Shown here: positions 11,440 through 24,210 of the stretch, piece by piece
How positions within the stretch are numbered: the first letter of the stretch is position 1
Layout: each line of letters opens with the position of its first letter
Source of the DNA: Chara braunii
Lineage: Eukaryota > Plantae > Charophyceae
Length of the DNA: 64,000 bases
Direction of reading: 5' to 3'
NCBI GenBank assembly: GCA_003427395.1
Contig: BFEA01000011.1
Coordinates: 508,991 to 572,990, forward strand
Notes under the pieces: generated by a model
The model's database searches: none
Seen by the model: only the letters and a program-made list of their open reading frames with translations
Told to the model about the DNA's origin: nothing
Made by a program: the position numbers and the translations under genes

Positions 11440-12290
11440 TTAATTATGGAAGGTATTCTCTTTTAAGATAGAGGTATTGAGTTTGTAAAAGTCAAGTCCA
11501 CGGTCAGGTTTATGTCGGAACGACAAAATGACCATACACATTTTATGATAAAGGCCCGGGTAAGGACTGACAGGTAAGATTGCTGCTAGGAGCAGCGATC
11601 CTGCCATATCTTCTGATATCAGAGTCAAGTCTATCCGAAATCTCGACTAACCCTCAGTACCAGTCTTCCGTAGGCACGAATAGAACCTGGTATTCGGGTT
11701 TAGCCGTCGGAAGGACTCAAGAACTTTTAGAGACAGATATAACTCGTGGATTGTCCGCTCATCCTCTTCCACATACATCGGGGCAGGGGACGGTGTTCAC
11801 CATCTGTTCATCCATCAATCTGGGGCTGTGTTGCAGTCCCCTGCTATGATGACCAGAACCCCATCCAGGATTTGCGTCTTTATGTTCTAAAAAAAGGTTC
11901 TCCTCTCGACTACAGTGTTGGGGGCGTAGACACACAATGTGCATAAAATTTCAATTTCCAGCGTGACCAGGATGGACACCCATCGTCCCCCCTCCTGATC
12001 CACCATCCAATGCACTGGGTCCGCCCGGGACTCGGGGGGAATCCAGATGGCTACCCCTGCACTACCCGGTTCTTGGGGCATGGGCTTTGAAGGCCTTGTA
12101 TGTCCATATCATTTTGTGGATACGATTATGTTCCGGAGTGTCCATCAGGTGTGTTTACTGAACAGACACTATATCTGGCCAGTTCCTACCTCCCACCCCA
12201 CTCATTGAGTCCCAGATTGCATTTTGTTTTTCAGGTTTGCATGAGGCCAAGCCATTCACATTTAGGGACCTCATGTCCACATCTGTTGCT
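11440..12290 (-). pseudogene. LINE B ORF2 APE endonuclease domain (frameshifted)
   Basis: MRSLNVNGLASCKPEK, DIVSVQ, GSAGVAIWI, LCVYAPN, YHKMCMV...GLDFYKLNTSILK. Clearly homologous to the LINE A APE. Confidence 0.85.
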
Positions 12291-12536
12291 CGCCTGCGTT
12301 GGTTCCGGATACGGTCCTTCCCATACACCGCTTTAACCGGGTCAATCTTGCCCGAATTGTTCATATGTTCTTTGTATTACATAGCATGTTGTTGCCTCTT
12401 AACAACCCACTGCAGCAGATCTCATTCCCTGTCTGCCGTTCCCACCAAGGGGCCCAACCTGAGGAGGGCTCATAGACATTTTCTAACGTCCTGTTCAGTC
12501 CAGGTGTCACTGTGCCCGATTTTGGTTGTCCGTAGC

Positions 12537-12862
12537 TTCAGTAGCTGGGCATGAGTATCTCACTGTGCTACTTTGTTGGGGCTTGTTGTGATCGAGGTTA
12601 TTGCCTGTGCCCCTATTGATAAACTTTCTGTAATATGGCCTTCTAAATGCATTTGCAGAGTGTCGGTCGCTGCCTCAGATGTGTTATTATGTGGCTCCGC
12701 TTCAGTAGTTGGGCATGAGTGTTCGATGTGCTATTTTGTTGAGGCTTGTTGTGATCGATGTTATTGCCTGTGCCCTTGGTGATGAACTTTTTGTAACGTG
12801 GCCATCTAAATGCATATGCAGAATGCCGACCGGTACCTCAGATGTGTTGTTTTGTGGCGCTG
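12537..12862. repeat. Diverged ~164-bp tandem duplication in the LINE B ORF1 region
   Basis: ttcagtag(c/t)tgggcatgagt...cctcagatgtgtt occurs at 12537 and 12701. Confidence 0.8.
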
Positions 12863-14411
12863 CCCAGAATGATGACCAGCCATGTAGCGTGACCCTCCCC
12901 TGCCTGCCATTCTCTACTGGAGACAGTCCCACCTCCCATTTTTCGTATTTCTTTCGAACAGGGATGAGCATAACTATCCGCAGATTGATTTTTTTGATTT
13001 CATTGTGTTTTATTTTACTAGTCTCGGTCCGTCCGCTGTCTGCCTCTCTCTTTGGCTCTCTCGCTGACTCTCTCTCAAACTCTCTCCCTCCCTCTCTCTC
13101 TCTCTTTCTCTCTCTCATATCCCGTATGGCGTCCCATGAGGACATCGTGTTTCGGTGTGTGTGTGTGAGAATAAATGATATGAACGACAAGTGGCGGAAG
13201 TCTGTTTTTGGCGTAGTCTCATGTGATTACACCGTGTATTTCACCTTCACCACAAAATGGTTGCGGTGTCCGAAGCTTGGATGACCACGTCCTGTGTAAT
13301 GACATACCAAGCCGTCGGAAAATGGTTGTCTCTGCGTAAAGGTGTCATCTTTAATGTTGTACTCCTTTGGAATATGAATATCCGAGAATTTTGCAAATTA
13401 CTAACTTGGGAATTCATGCGCACCTTCAGACCACAAAACTTTTGGTTTCGTTTAATCATCTATAATGTCTTCTAAAATTACACATTTGTTGGAAATAGAT
13501 GCCTTAGGTAATTACACATCTGTTAGAATTCCACAAACGCAGGCCACAACGAATGTGCATGAGTGTGTTTTTCGTCGTGTTGGGTGATGTGGCGAGCCGG
13601 TCGGAATCGAGGGTGGGTGGTGGTGTTCGGGGTTCGATTTGTGGATGGTGTGTGTGGGTGCATGCCTTGTTTAGGTCACGTTGGGGGGGGGGAGAGGGGG
13701 GGAGTTGAAGGTCTGTTGCCTATTTCCGTGGGGGTGTTAGGGGCAGTAATGGGGGCCCCGACAGGGAGGGGGTTGGGTGCCATTTGCGGATGCTGCCCTC
13801 CGAGGACCGTTAGCCTTAGAGAATGACGAACACCTTGGAAGGTTGACGACGGTGGACCAGGCGTCCTTTCCAACCTTTCGTAGGGCGTGGAGTGGACGAC
13901 GATGGAGCCAGTAAAAAGCACGGGCAGCAGACGTGTCACTGTCAGTTGTCCTTGTCGCTCGATTGAAACGCACGGGCGGAGTGTTGGGAGGTCCTCCTCG
14001 CCCATCGCCCTTGCTCACGCATATGCACTACATTTTCTCAAGATTATCCGCATCAGCAGCCGTGACCTCCTTCCTACCTTCATTGACGCCTCTCGACTGT
14101 CTCGCCTCGCCTCCTTTTTCGTCGCCGCCTCCATATTGCCGTGTATCCACATTAAGGCATAGTGCGTGCAATCGTCTACCGGCTACGAGGACAGTGCCGC
14201 GGGCCTAGCCTGTCGTGCCCACGATCGCGTCGCCTTTCCATCCCACAACTTCCACACAGACTACTCCAGGTGTAGCCTTCTGCCAGGACTTTCAGTCGAC
14301 CGCCGTCAACCTTTTTGTCCCGCCGCGCCGCGCCGCACAAATGTCGAAAATGATCACCTTCCTCCTTCCTCCTCTCGCGTCTCATGATTGTTGTTTTCCA
14401 CTCCACTTTCA

Positions 14412-14563
14412 TCGTCGATTGATCATTGTCTACCAACCGCGATACTCACGTTCTGCATGCTATTCTTCGGCTCCAGTTTGGAGTGCTCGTCGATTGATCA
14501 TCGTCTACCAACCGCGATACTCACGTTCTGCATGCTATTCTCCGGCGCCAGTTTGGAGTGCTC
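14412..14563. repeat. ~75-bp direct tandem duplication upstream of the Harbinger middle ORF
   Basis: tcgtcgattgatcat(t/c)gtctaccaaccgcgatactcacgttctgcatgctattct..ggc.ccagtttggagtgctc occurs twice. Confidence 0.85.
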
Positions 14564-14788
14564 CACGAAGGTGAATTTCGCTAGGGGCAGTCGTCGACGT
14601 CCACGTCGCCAACCCAACAGCCGCATTTTACGCAGATTGCCACATCAGCGGCCGCGTGGAAGATGAGCCCGGTTGATAAGTGATTGCAGGCTCATTGCCA
14701 ACGTGTTCACCGCCCTTTTGTGGAAGGTGCCCACTCGCGGAGACGTCACCAACACGATACTGCTCTTGTCGCTGTAGTCATCTTCAGC

Positions 14789-16493
14789 ATGTCATCTCGC
14801 AGCGGTGGTCATGGCAAGAAGAGGGACAGTTGCGTAGGTGATGTGCTGGCGCTGGAGAAGAGTGGAGGGCATGCCGCGAAGAAGAGGAAGGCTGTTGTGG
14901 GGGGCCCTTCCATCAGAGGAGGCTTGAGGGAAGACGTGTGGGTTAGGGATCCAACAACTTTCGATGACGATGATGAATTCAAGGAGAAGGCGACGGTGGG
15001 AGCTGCGAGAAAATTGTCGAAGCGCGCAGAAGGCGGGGTCCGAATAAATGACGGGGGGCGTCAAGGTATTCAACAACCCCGCGGTGGGGGGTTCCGTGGT
15101 GGGAATGATGGAGTCATCGACGTGGACGTCGTTGCTGTGCCGGCGGAGGTCGTAGTGAAGGCAGGGGCTTAGACGGGCCTTGCGGGGGAAATGCCACAAC
15201 AACACGTGTCACTAGGCCACTAGAGGGGCAGCAGTTTGGATGGGGTCCTTCTAGCCCCACCACACCACGGGGACATACACTTTCGGAGGTGGGGGGGTGT
15301 GAATGGAGCGTTGCAAGGGAGCGGCCAAGGAGCGTAGCGCACGCCCCTGGCGAATGCACAAAGGGGTGTCGTGGCTTGGTCTTCGAGAGGGGGGGTGGCT
15401 GCAATGCTCCGGGAAAGTCGTGGGTATGGCGATGACGACGAGCCTGTGGTGAACAGGCAGCGGCGAGGGCATGTAAGAGAGGGGATCGACGCACGAACCA
15501 AACTTTGGGTAGATGATTTGTGCTTATGGAACGAGACAGAGGGTAATGGCCTGTTTAAGTTGATCCAGGAGGCGCGACTGCATTTGGTGGCCATCGCCAA
15601 TGGAGTTGCGCCTCCCGACATCTGTCGGAATATAGTAATCCTGCACAACAGCATCTCCCAACACAAAATCGACGACGAGTCGGAGCTGAAGGCGGCGAAG
15701 GACAGGGGGTAGAAAGTGTCGAGCATCGCCTTGTGCGTCATTCATGGGTGGATCTTCAAGCCCACACGTCGGTCGCGGGGCTGCCGCGCGACTTATGGAT
15801 ACGTGCTCAACCACGTGGCGACGGTGACCACCTGTGCCATGTGGTTTGGAGAGGACTGATGCAAGTGGTGGCAATGCCATGGTTTTCCACGGAAAGCTGA
15901 AGATGGATATGAGACTCCCTATTTGGCTCATCGACACGCACATCTAGGACAGACACGAGGACGACGAGTTGTCGTCGTATCAAGAGGTGAGCCTGCAGCG
16001 GCTTGTGGGGGCTTTCATGAGCGCCGTCACTCTGGCGGAGGGGATAGATGGTGGCTGCGTCTCGTACGAGAGGTTGAAAAACATGGTAGAGACTATGAGG
16101 CTTCTACTTGCAGCGACGATGTGACTCATGCGGATGAGCGGGGATACTTTGCGTTCGTATTTCGACGCGTCGTTCTTTTTTCAACTCACAGCAGAACCCA
16201 CACTGGTGGCCTCCATGCATCACTCCTTCAACGCTCGTGGGCATATTGTTTAAGCAGCCACATTCGTCACGGAGAGAATCAGCAAGGTTGCCATGACGTT
16301 CGCGGACCCTCCTGTCCACATCCCGGATCGGGCATCTTGCGGCATCACTTTTGAATATGAAGCCACTTGGATGTCGCCCATGCATGTGAAAAAGTTGGAT
16401 GGATTGGGAACAGGCCCCCCAGAGGAAGAAGAAGATGAACCGGCGGTGCAGACAAAGCTGGAGGGGGGTAGTCATTTGAAGGTGGCGTGGTGA
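14789..16493 (+). pseudogene. Harbinger-internal third ORF, unknown protein (~550 codons, disrupted)
   Basis: Protein-like segments join across stops and frameshifts: MSSRSGGHGKKR..KKRK (NLS-like), RTKLWVDDLCLWNETEGNGLFKLIQEARLHLVAIA, IALCVIHGWIFK, KMDMRLPIWLID, YQEVSLQRLVGAF, YERLKNMVETMRLLLAATM*LMRMSGD, DPPVHIPDRASCG. Lies inside the TIRs. Confidence 0.7.
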
Positions 16494-17699
16494 GACGACG
16501 GCGGCGGATGGTTTGTGAGAGTGGGCTGGGGCGTACGTGGAGGTTGTCGTCTTGCAAAGGAGGGAAGATGGCTGGCGGTCGGTTCATCAAGCTGTAGGTG
16601 TATGGGTGGTGCTTGCACGTTTTCTCTTTCGGCTTTTGTTAGCAGGGTGGAGGAACGCGCCGATGTGCATTCGTCCTATTTTCATATCGCCTTTTGTGTA
16701 GGATGCGGTTTAACGGGGTTGGCTGCCATCTGTGATGGGGAAAATGTAATGATCAGTTTGTTTTAGTGCATGGTGCAAGGATGGAAAGGGGGGTTTTGTT
16801 GCACCATGTCTTATTTCAGAACTATGCATGTGCTGTTCGGTGCCGCCACAACGAACTTTGATTTTTGTTACCGTACACTTGTCATCCAAATGCGAGTGTG
16901 ATGGTTGCTCTTTGTGAATTGGTGGCTGCCCTCCCACCGTTTTGCTTTGTTATGGAAATATTTGAAGACACCCTTTGTAATGCATGCCTTCCTTCAGTGT
17001 TGATTGCGCATCCGTGTCTTTTGCTTAATTATTTGAAACGCCTCCCGCAAGAACACAACAGATACAACTTCACGAAAGGAAACAAACAAAATATACAAAA
17101 GAAAAAGAACGGAAAAATAATTATTAAGAAATAATGAGAAACTTGGAACAATACATTCACTGCATGTAACCCATCAGAAGAGCACGAACGACGAGCGCAC
17201 CATTCTCACACGAGAGCGGCCAACACACAGCACGCCACGTTATCACAGAGGTTGACACACGACCGTAAGCAAAAGGTCACACATTTCGTTGCGAAAAAAC
17301 AGACAATCTCTAATAAACGAGGCCCGTAGATAAGACTTCATAGAAATACAAAAATGACATCGACAACGACACGAGCCAACGACTACGATGTCAGAATAGC
17401 ACTCCACGAACGACGGTAGCTCATCCTAATGATGATAAAACAAAAAATTACAAAAAAGACAATATATCAGATGCACACGTCAATCTTCTTCCGACAACAA
17501 CCCAGTCCCGAAAGGAAGAACAACAAACGCTTTGATAAATTGACATGGTGAAAGACCTTCGCCCACCGTATGCCGCCACATGGACGCAGGGGTGACGACC
17601 ATTGCTGGCCACGTCGGAGCACCATTGGGGACGCATGCAGTGACGACGACTGGGGTGGTGTTGTGTATATCCGTTCGCCCACGCCAGAGATCTGATGCC

Positions 17700-19170
17700 G
17701 CCGTCACAACCAACCTACGACAGATGGTCGTCACTGCCCACTCATCCGCTCCGCCAATGCGTCCCTCAGAATGAGCGCATCTCCCTTCGCCATTTCCATG
17801 CACACTGGCTTGAGGGGGCGTTGGGATCCAGTGAACGACGCACCTCGTTTGCGTCCACCTCCCACAGCAGACTGTCGTCGAAAGGGATGCCAATGTCGAT
17901 GAGTATGTTGTGTAGAATGCAGATGGTGACAAACTGCAGCGACAACCTCTCGATGTTCGTCTTGTGTGACTGCAAGAATAGCCTCCACATCCCTTTCAGC
18001 CTGTTGAAAACCCTTCAACTGCCCCCCTCACGGTCTTTTGCTTGTTGTCGAAGCAAAACTCCGACGGGTGTTCACTACTGCAGCCATACGAAACCGCTAT
18101 CCATTCCGAGAGGGGTTAACCATTGTCGCCCAACAGATAATCGTTGGTCTGCATTTCAAAGGGGAGCATCACAGGTGGTCCCGTAAAAAGCTCACGCGGC
18201 TCGGCACGTGCCCATAGACTGAATCCTCACGTCCTGTCAGCTTCTTGTATAGCCGATGAAGACGTCCATTACACGCGAGTTCAGATTGACGACCACCTGC
18301 GCGACTACTAAGAAACGTCGTTTCCTATCGTAGTAGTCCTCGCAGGGGGTATTCGCCGGTTTATCAATGTAGATACGAGTGCAGTCGATACACCCATGGC
18401 AGTTCGGGAAGCCTTTGTCAGTGAAAGCGCTTAGGACGACTGACTTCTGCACCCTCGTCGGTCATGAAATCTTATTCTGGTACACTATCAGCAACGCCCC
18501 AGTTACGTCCCGCACCGCCACCAATCCTGAAGATTCGCCGATGCCGAAGTTGCACATGCCACTCTCGTACGTGAAAGTGTAGGACGACCGACTTCTGCAC
18601 CCCCGTCGGCCATGAAATCTTCTCCCGGTACATTGTCAGGAACCCCGCAGTTACGTCTCCCCCGGGGCCCACCTGTACAATGCATAAGCGATGATATGAT
18701 CAGGTTGTATGGGTTCCTTTTAGAACTTCACACGCTGCTGCTGGAAGGGCGACAAAGCTTCCGCAATCTCCCGAAAGACGCGTGGCGACATGCGTAGCTT
18801 GTCCCGAAAGTAATCTTTCGTGGCGTCGTCGCATTGCCGCAGATCCTCCCATGTCCCCGAGTCCTTTTCATCCACCACCTGGGCGTCGCTCAGGGTAAAA
18901 CTCCGCAACTCATGGTGCAGCACACCTGAACGACGACGTCGCAGATGGGTGGTGGTGTCCAAGCGTTCCACCGCCATAGACTGCATCGTCTTTTCCCTCT
19001 GTGCACAGATCTGCGCTTTCATTGTCCCCTCAATCCTCTCCAGCTGACAATGGAGAAGCACGACGTTAACGATTGTTGCCACTGTCGTTCTCTTCGCCGT
19101 GCTCAATTTTGAACGCTCCTCACATTGTTGGCGACATCCATCGCCACAAAGGGTGCGGAAATGACCATCG
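17700..19170 (-). pseudogene. Harbinger DDE transposase (HARBI1/DDE_Tnp_4-like), disrupted
   Basis: YFRDKLRMSPRVFREIAEAL, GFPNCHGCIDCTRIYI, DYYDRKRRFLVVAQVVVNLNSRVMDVFIG, VTICILHNILID. Includes an ~80-bp internal duplication (18432-18512 / 18580-18660). Confidence 0.9.
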
Positions 19171-20899
19171 CCAACGCCCACAAACTCCACCGACTCTCCA
19201 CTGGATGACGAAAACGCACCGCTTGACAAGAGGGACCGGCGTTGTGTTGCAAGTCTACACGACGCTTTCCGCCACTCTCCGTGCAGATGGGCACTAAGGA
19301 CAACCGCGATGGCACATGCCGATCTGCATTCACCCCAACAACGTCATTCGAAATTTGAATTTCGAACCTGGACTTTCGGGCATTTTATTTTTTCATTTTT
19401 GGACGGCTGCCGCCGCCATTCGAATTTTCCCTAGACCACGCCGTCCACACTGACAAAAGCCCATGGACCACTTCCAGCCCCCCTCCCGCCTCTCCCTCCT
19501 CCCCCCCCCGTGGCCAGCGAGCCCGTGGCAGCCACTCCTCGGGCGACCTTTCCAAGGACGAGTGGAATGACGCCCGAAAATATCTTGGGTCACTCAAAGG
19601 AAAACCTCTTGGGCCCAAGGTCGACCCGAGGATTGTCTAACGAGCCCCTCTTTGTGGCTCAACAGTTCTAGCTGTGTCAGATGGCATAGCTTCTCCTAAA
19701 GGCACTTCATTTCGTAATGGCCGAGTCGGCGTTTCATGAAGAAGTCGGACGGGCAATCTTCTGCCTGACTCACAGGCTTGACATTCCAAAGTTGTGGCAG
19801 CGGCTTGCAACCATGGGGAAAAAAATGTCATTATAAGGTTGTCAAACCTTGGGCAGCCTCCATCGGACATTAAGGAAATTTGTGGCACTGGCCTTATGCT
19901 GGTCAGAGGATGGTGCAACGTGAAAGGAGAGGGGAAGGGCTCAAAGGAGCACCAAGCTCAAATTTGCTCCAGGCCTCGCTCCACTACTCTCCACATGCAC
20001 AAAAAGACAAAAAATATGCAATGTATCTTTCCATGTAAAAGGGGAGGAGTCCATCTCATTTTGCACATTTGGAGAGTAGTGGAGTGAGACCTTATAGAAA
20101 ATGCTCCAATGCAAAGGCACAGATGTTGAACAGGGCACGCTTAGGCTAGGACTTTGTGAACTGAATATCTTCTGAGCAAGCTGCCAGAATGGAACGTCCT
20201 AGTGCGTGAAGAAGTCCTTTGGAATTTCTCCTGGCCAGCTATTTGTGCATTTTTAAGATCTCACGTGTGGAAATAGGAGTTGGGTCCTTCGGTACATCCA
20301 TTAGAAATTGGACGAATGATATGAAAGATTAGCAATCCCCTCCCCCCCCCAAAAAAAAAAAAATTAAAAAAAAAATGATTGGCTCATATGTACAGTCTGA
20401 AAGAGGACTATTGTCTAATGGAATACTAAGACTAGGACTGACTTAGTGAATATTGGTGAAATCGCGTCAGATTCAACATTATGCTGAGCCGCAGTGACAT
20501 TGTAGCCAAATTTGCAAGGGTTCCTGTTGGACTACTAAGTTCGATCTTTGGAGTCATCGCTATTCTGAGTGGGGCCAAAGTTTGTCGAAATTGCTATTAT
20601 CTTTCCATGATCATAAAGTGTGGTCGCTATTTTCTATGTGGGTCCCCGAGAGTAGCCTCTAATCCATCTACGAAGAATCACGCATGCTTTGGGTGAGCCT
20701 CCGATCCTTGGGAGGCCGAAACGAAACGATGTCCGCCGATGAGAGTTATCAACGGCGGCCGTCGGCGGGCCCAACCCTCGATGTCTTAGGAACATATATA
20801 TTGAATTATTTTCCCATTTTTCCAATAGTGGGAAAGGTAGTGGTGGTTTAATACTGAAGTTTGCTTTATGTAAAAAAAAAATCAAAGAGGCTAGGATTC

Positions 20900-22037
20900 C
20901 CTCCACATCTCAACCCGGAGTGCTGAGGCCTTTACCCAGATTCGGCTCAGGGCTGGAAATCGGGACCAGCATACCGACAGCTAGACAAAGGAGATCAGAA
21001 ATCAATGGTTTCTTTGCACCTTCTTTTCCAGACTACCCGGAGTGTCAGGCGGCGGAGCCGTCTATGAAACTTCAGTGTCCATTTCTCGATTCCACTTGGT
21101 TGCGCGAAGCACATGAGCAACGCCAATGCATTGTCTGTGAGGTTCTTGCCAGTGACCCTATTCGAGAGTTATGTGCCATAATGCCAGAGTTGCTGAACCT
21201 TCAGGCATTCCAGAAGGCGGTGGGCGAAGTCTTCTGCCACACCCCTCTTGCAAAAATTGTACAGAACCCATCAAACACACCCCTGTTGGCCTGCGTCCTT
21301 CGCTTGCTCGGCCACAAATTGACTGGCAATGCTTGGTACGTGATAAGGCATTGCATACTTCAGACCTGGTATTGCGGGTTTGCAGTACCACATTCAATGA
21401 AATCTTAGTCAGATGTCCTAGGCCTGCGGGCAGATTCCTTGCCCACCGTTGGGATGAGGCTGATTGGGTGCTCGCCGACCTTCGTTTTAGTGTGTATCCA
21501 AGCCTGGTGAAGTATCTAAGGATATTGATTTGGCGTCCTGCTCTGCCTGTCGCCGAAGAGATCTTCCATGCCCATTCTGCCGGGTCGAATTCCAATCGGC
21601 GTGCTCTGCTCAAGGATTTTGTGGTCCTCGTCTTCTTACTCTCACTTTTCTCAGATGGCAGAATTTGACAACCACCTGAGCACGACAGGTTCTGTTGACC
21701 CGACTGACCGTCTGACCCATCTGCAGTATGTCAACGACCAAGGCTTTTGTGCCCCACCGAGGATCCACTAGTTGCAAAAGAGGGGTTGCCTGAGCACTTC
21801 GCCCCTTGTCAACAGCCGCTAAACCTTTGCAGGGAAGATCTCCCTCCAAATACAAAATAAGTATGTCTGGCAAGCGTTGTTACTAGCCTGTTAGCCCTCC
21901 GCCTCTGCTCGTAGTGGTGCACATCTCCCATGTCGGCCTCCCTTCTCCCTGCCCAGAACTTTGACATAATCCAGAAAATGGAAGACCGTACCTCTCACTT
22001 TTTGACGTTCAGTCTTTGGTCCACAACAGGAGACCAG
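20900..22037 (-). pseudogene. LINE ORF2 3' fragment with zinc finger (LINE C)
   Basis: LEFDPAEWAW (cf. LPFDPDEWRW in LINE B), FCTIF...EDFAHRLLECLKVQQLWH, EVLRQPLFCN. Cut by the Gypsy LTR at 22038. Confidence 0.65.
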
Positions 22038-23760
22038 TGTCACGACCTTTGGATCCCGAATAACGTTCCGGCACTTGAGAACCGGTACATAGCCAAGTTG
22101 TGCACGACAGAGAAATCCGGAGAAAGGAGACAAGAGAGATAGAAAATACAAAGGACTAGGATGAGGCGGACGATGTCAAAGAGCCGGAAGGAAGGCCAAG
22201 GCCGAGGGAGTCTTGAGACCCAAAATACGGACCCGGAGAAAAGAGACAAGAGAGATAGAAAATACAAAGGACTAGGATGAGGCGGACGAAGTCAAAGAGC
22301 CGGAAGGAAGGCCAAGGCCGAGGGAGTCTTGAGACCCAAAATACGGACCCGGAGAAAAGAGACAAGAGAGATAGAAAATACAAAGGACTAGGATGAGGCG
22401 GACGACGTCAAAGAGCCGGAAGGAAGGCCGAGGCCGAGGGAGTCTTGAGACCCAAAATACGGACCGGAAGGTCACGACTATGAAATACACCGCGGAAAAT
22501 TAGTAAAAATCGTCCCTTTTTGAAAAAAGGAGGTCATCAGAAAAACAAAAAATAACTAAGCACGGAGTGCCACAGAAATGAGAAGGATCATGACGCCAAG
22601 GGAAATAGCACCCTGGTGACCGCCGCGCGTGAACCTATCACAAAGCCCGGGAGAACCGTCCCAATTGTGGCATAGGGAAGGCCTAAACAACCATAGACCA
22701 AGCAAGCAGGATGTGAAAGATTAGTAGAGACCGTCCGAGAAGATTGCCCAAAGTTTGGGCAATCTAGAACAAAATAATAAAACGGTTTTGAAAACCAAGT
22801 GGAAAAAGGCCGCCAAAGAACCGAGAGGAGACAGACCACAACGGGGCGTCAAGGCCACACGAGAAGGGGACCTTGACGACCAGAGGGCATTAAGAGAAAG
22901 AAGGCACAAAGTGTCGAGGACCACCGGCGAGACGAAGTGTAGGGGATCACTGGCGGGACAAGTGCCGGGGACCACCAGCGGGACAAGAGTTGGCGGGACC
23001 ACCGACGGGACCAACAGCGCGACAAGTACCGGCGAGACCACTAGGCGGGACAAGTGCCGAGGACTAATGCGGGACAAGAGGTGGGGACATGAAAAGGTCT
23101 CAAGAAGGATTGTGGAGCGATATGAGGGAAAAATATAATTAAACCAAGGTGTACCGTCAAAATCAAGATCTTGACGGCCAAGAATATTAGCACCACTAGT
23201 GCAAGTGGGAGCAAAATGAAAGACGAAAGGGAAAATAAAAAGTAAAGAAACGAGAAGGGGGAGGCACGGGAGCAATCCGAAAAATCTCGGATTAACCTCC
23301 CTCAAGAAAATGGAGTCGAAAGAGGCTCCATGTGGAAAATAGGCTCCTCGGAGAAAATCGGAGTATGAGGGGCCACTGTGTGAGAGAAATAGAGGTAAAA
23401 GGAGGCTCCCATGGGCATAAGGGATCCACAGTTGCAGTCCGAGATATAACGGACTGCACCATGGGCATAGGGAGAACCAAAACTAAGAGGAAGGGCCTAG
23501 AAAAGACCTTAACGACTCCGTGACACTTAACATGCTAGAAAACGAAAGAAAAAAGAAAAANNNNNNNNNNNNNNNNNNNNNNNNNNNNNNNNNNNNNNNN
23601 NNNNNNNNNNNNNNNNNNNNNNNNNNNNNNNNNNNNNNNNNNNNNNNNNNNNNNNNNNNNNNNNNNNNNNNNNNNNNNNNNNNNNNNNNNNNNNNNNNNN
23701 NNNNNNNNNNNNNNNNNNNNNNNNNNNNNNNNNNNNNNNNNNNNNNNNNNNNNNNNNNNN

Positions 23761-23845
<85 letters not shown>

Positions 23846-24210
23846 AACAACAACGGTAAAAAACGACCACTTAGGGAGATACATTCGTGTCGGTTACAAA
23901 GTGTCTTGATTTTCTCTTGATTTGACTGAGAACGTCAAGAAAAATCAAGCCCTCATGCAACCGAGATACAACATATTGCATGAGGAAGGGAAAACACATG
24001 TTTTAGGTGCATCCGAAGCCAATATTGAGCCCGGATGCACTTGAAAGTTGATCGTTTCTTTTTCCTTTAGTTTTGGGCTAGTTGTGGGGCAATAAGACTA
24101 GGAAATTGACCCCTACTGCAGTCCGAGTTACAACGGACTGCATGGGGAGGGGAAAACACATCTTTTAGTTGCATCCGGAACTAATATTGAGCCCGGATGC
24201 ACTTGAAAAT
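22038..24210 (+). repeat. 5' LTR, 3'-truncated
   Basis: Aligns with 38234-~40125. Similarity stops after gagcccggatgcactt(g/a)aaaatt. Contains an N gap and a poly-A run. Confidence 0.85.
22117..22466 (+). repeat. 116-bp tandem repeat x3 in the 5' LTR
   Basis: Near-identical units (see ORFs 22040, 22156 and 22272, offset by 116). Only one copy is present in the 3' LTR. Confidence 0.9.

Larger units (their letters stand above)
5537..13000 (-). mobile_element. Nested Tx1/L1-like LINE (LINE B): partial ORF1, ORF2 and 3' tail
   Basis: APE, RT and CCHC zinc finger occur in order on the minus strand. A-rich tail (ttacaaattacaaatacaaaatacaaaaaaaa on -) at ~5537-5568. The 5' boundary is approximate and no TSD was identified. 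Confidence 0.85.
2724..19648. mobile_element. PIF/Harbinger DNA transposon (decayed; ~9 kb after removing nested insertions)
   Basis: Perfect 15-bp TIRs ggggctcgttagaca (2724-2738) / tgtctaacgagcccc (19634-19648), extending imperfectly to cctcggg. 3-bp TSD tct at 2721-2723 and 19649-19651. Internal Myb/SANT ORF (+) and DDE_Tnp_4-type transposase (-) are convergent. Confidence 0.92.

Noticed and set aside
22721-23305. Antisense ORFs in both LTRs (also 38838-39263)
   Set aside because: They arise from GC-rich short repeats within the LTR, and stops and frames differ between the two LTRs.
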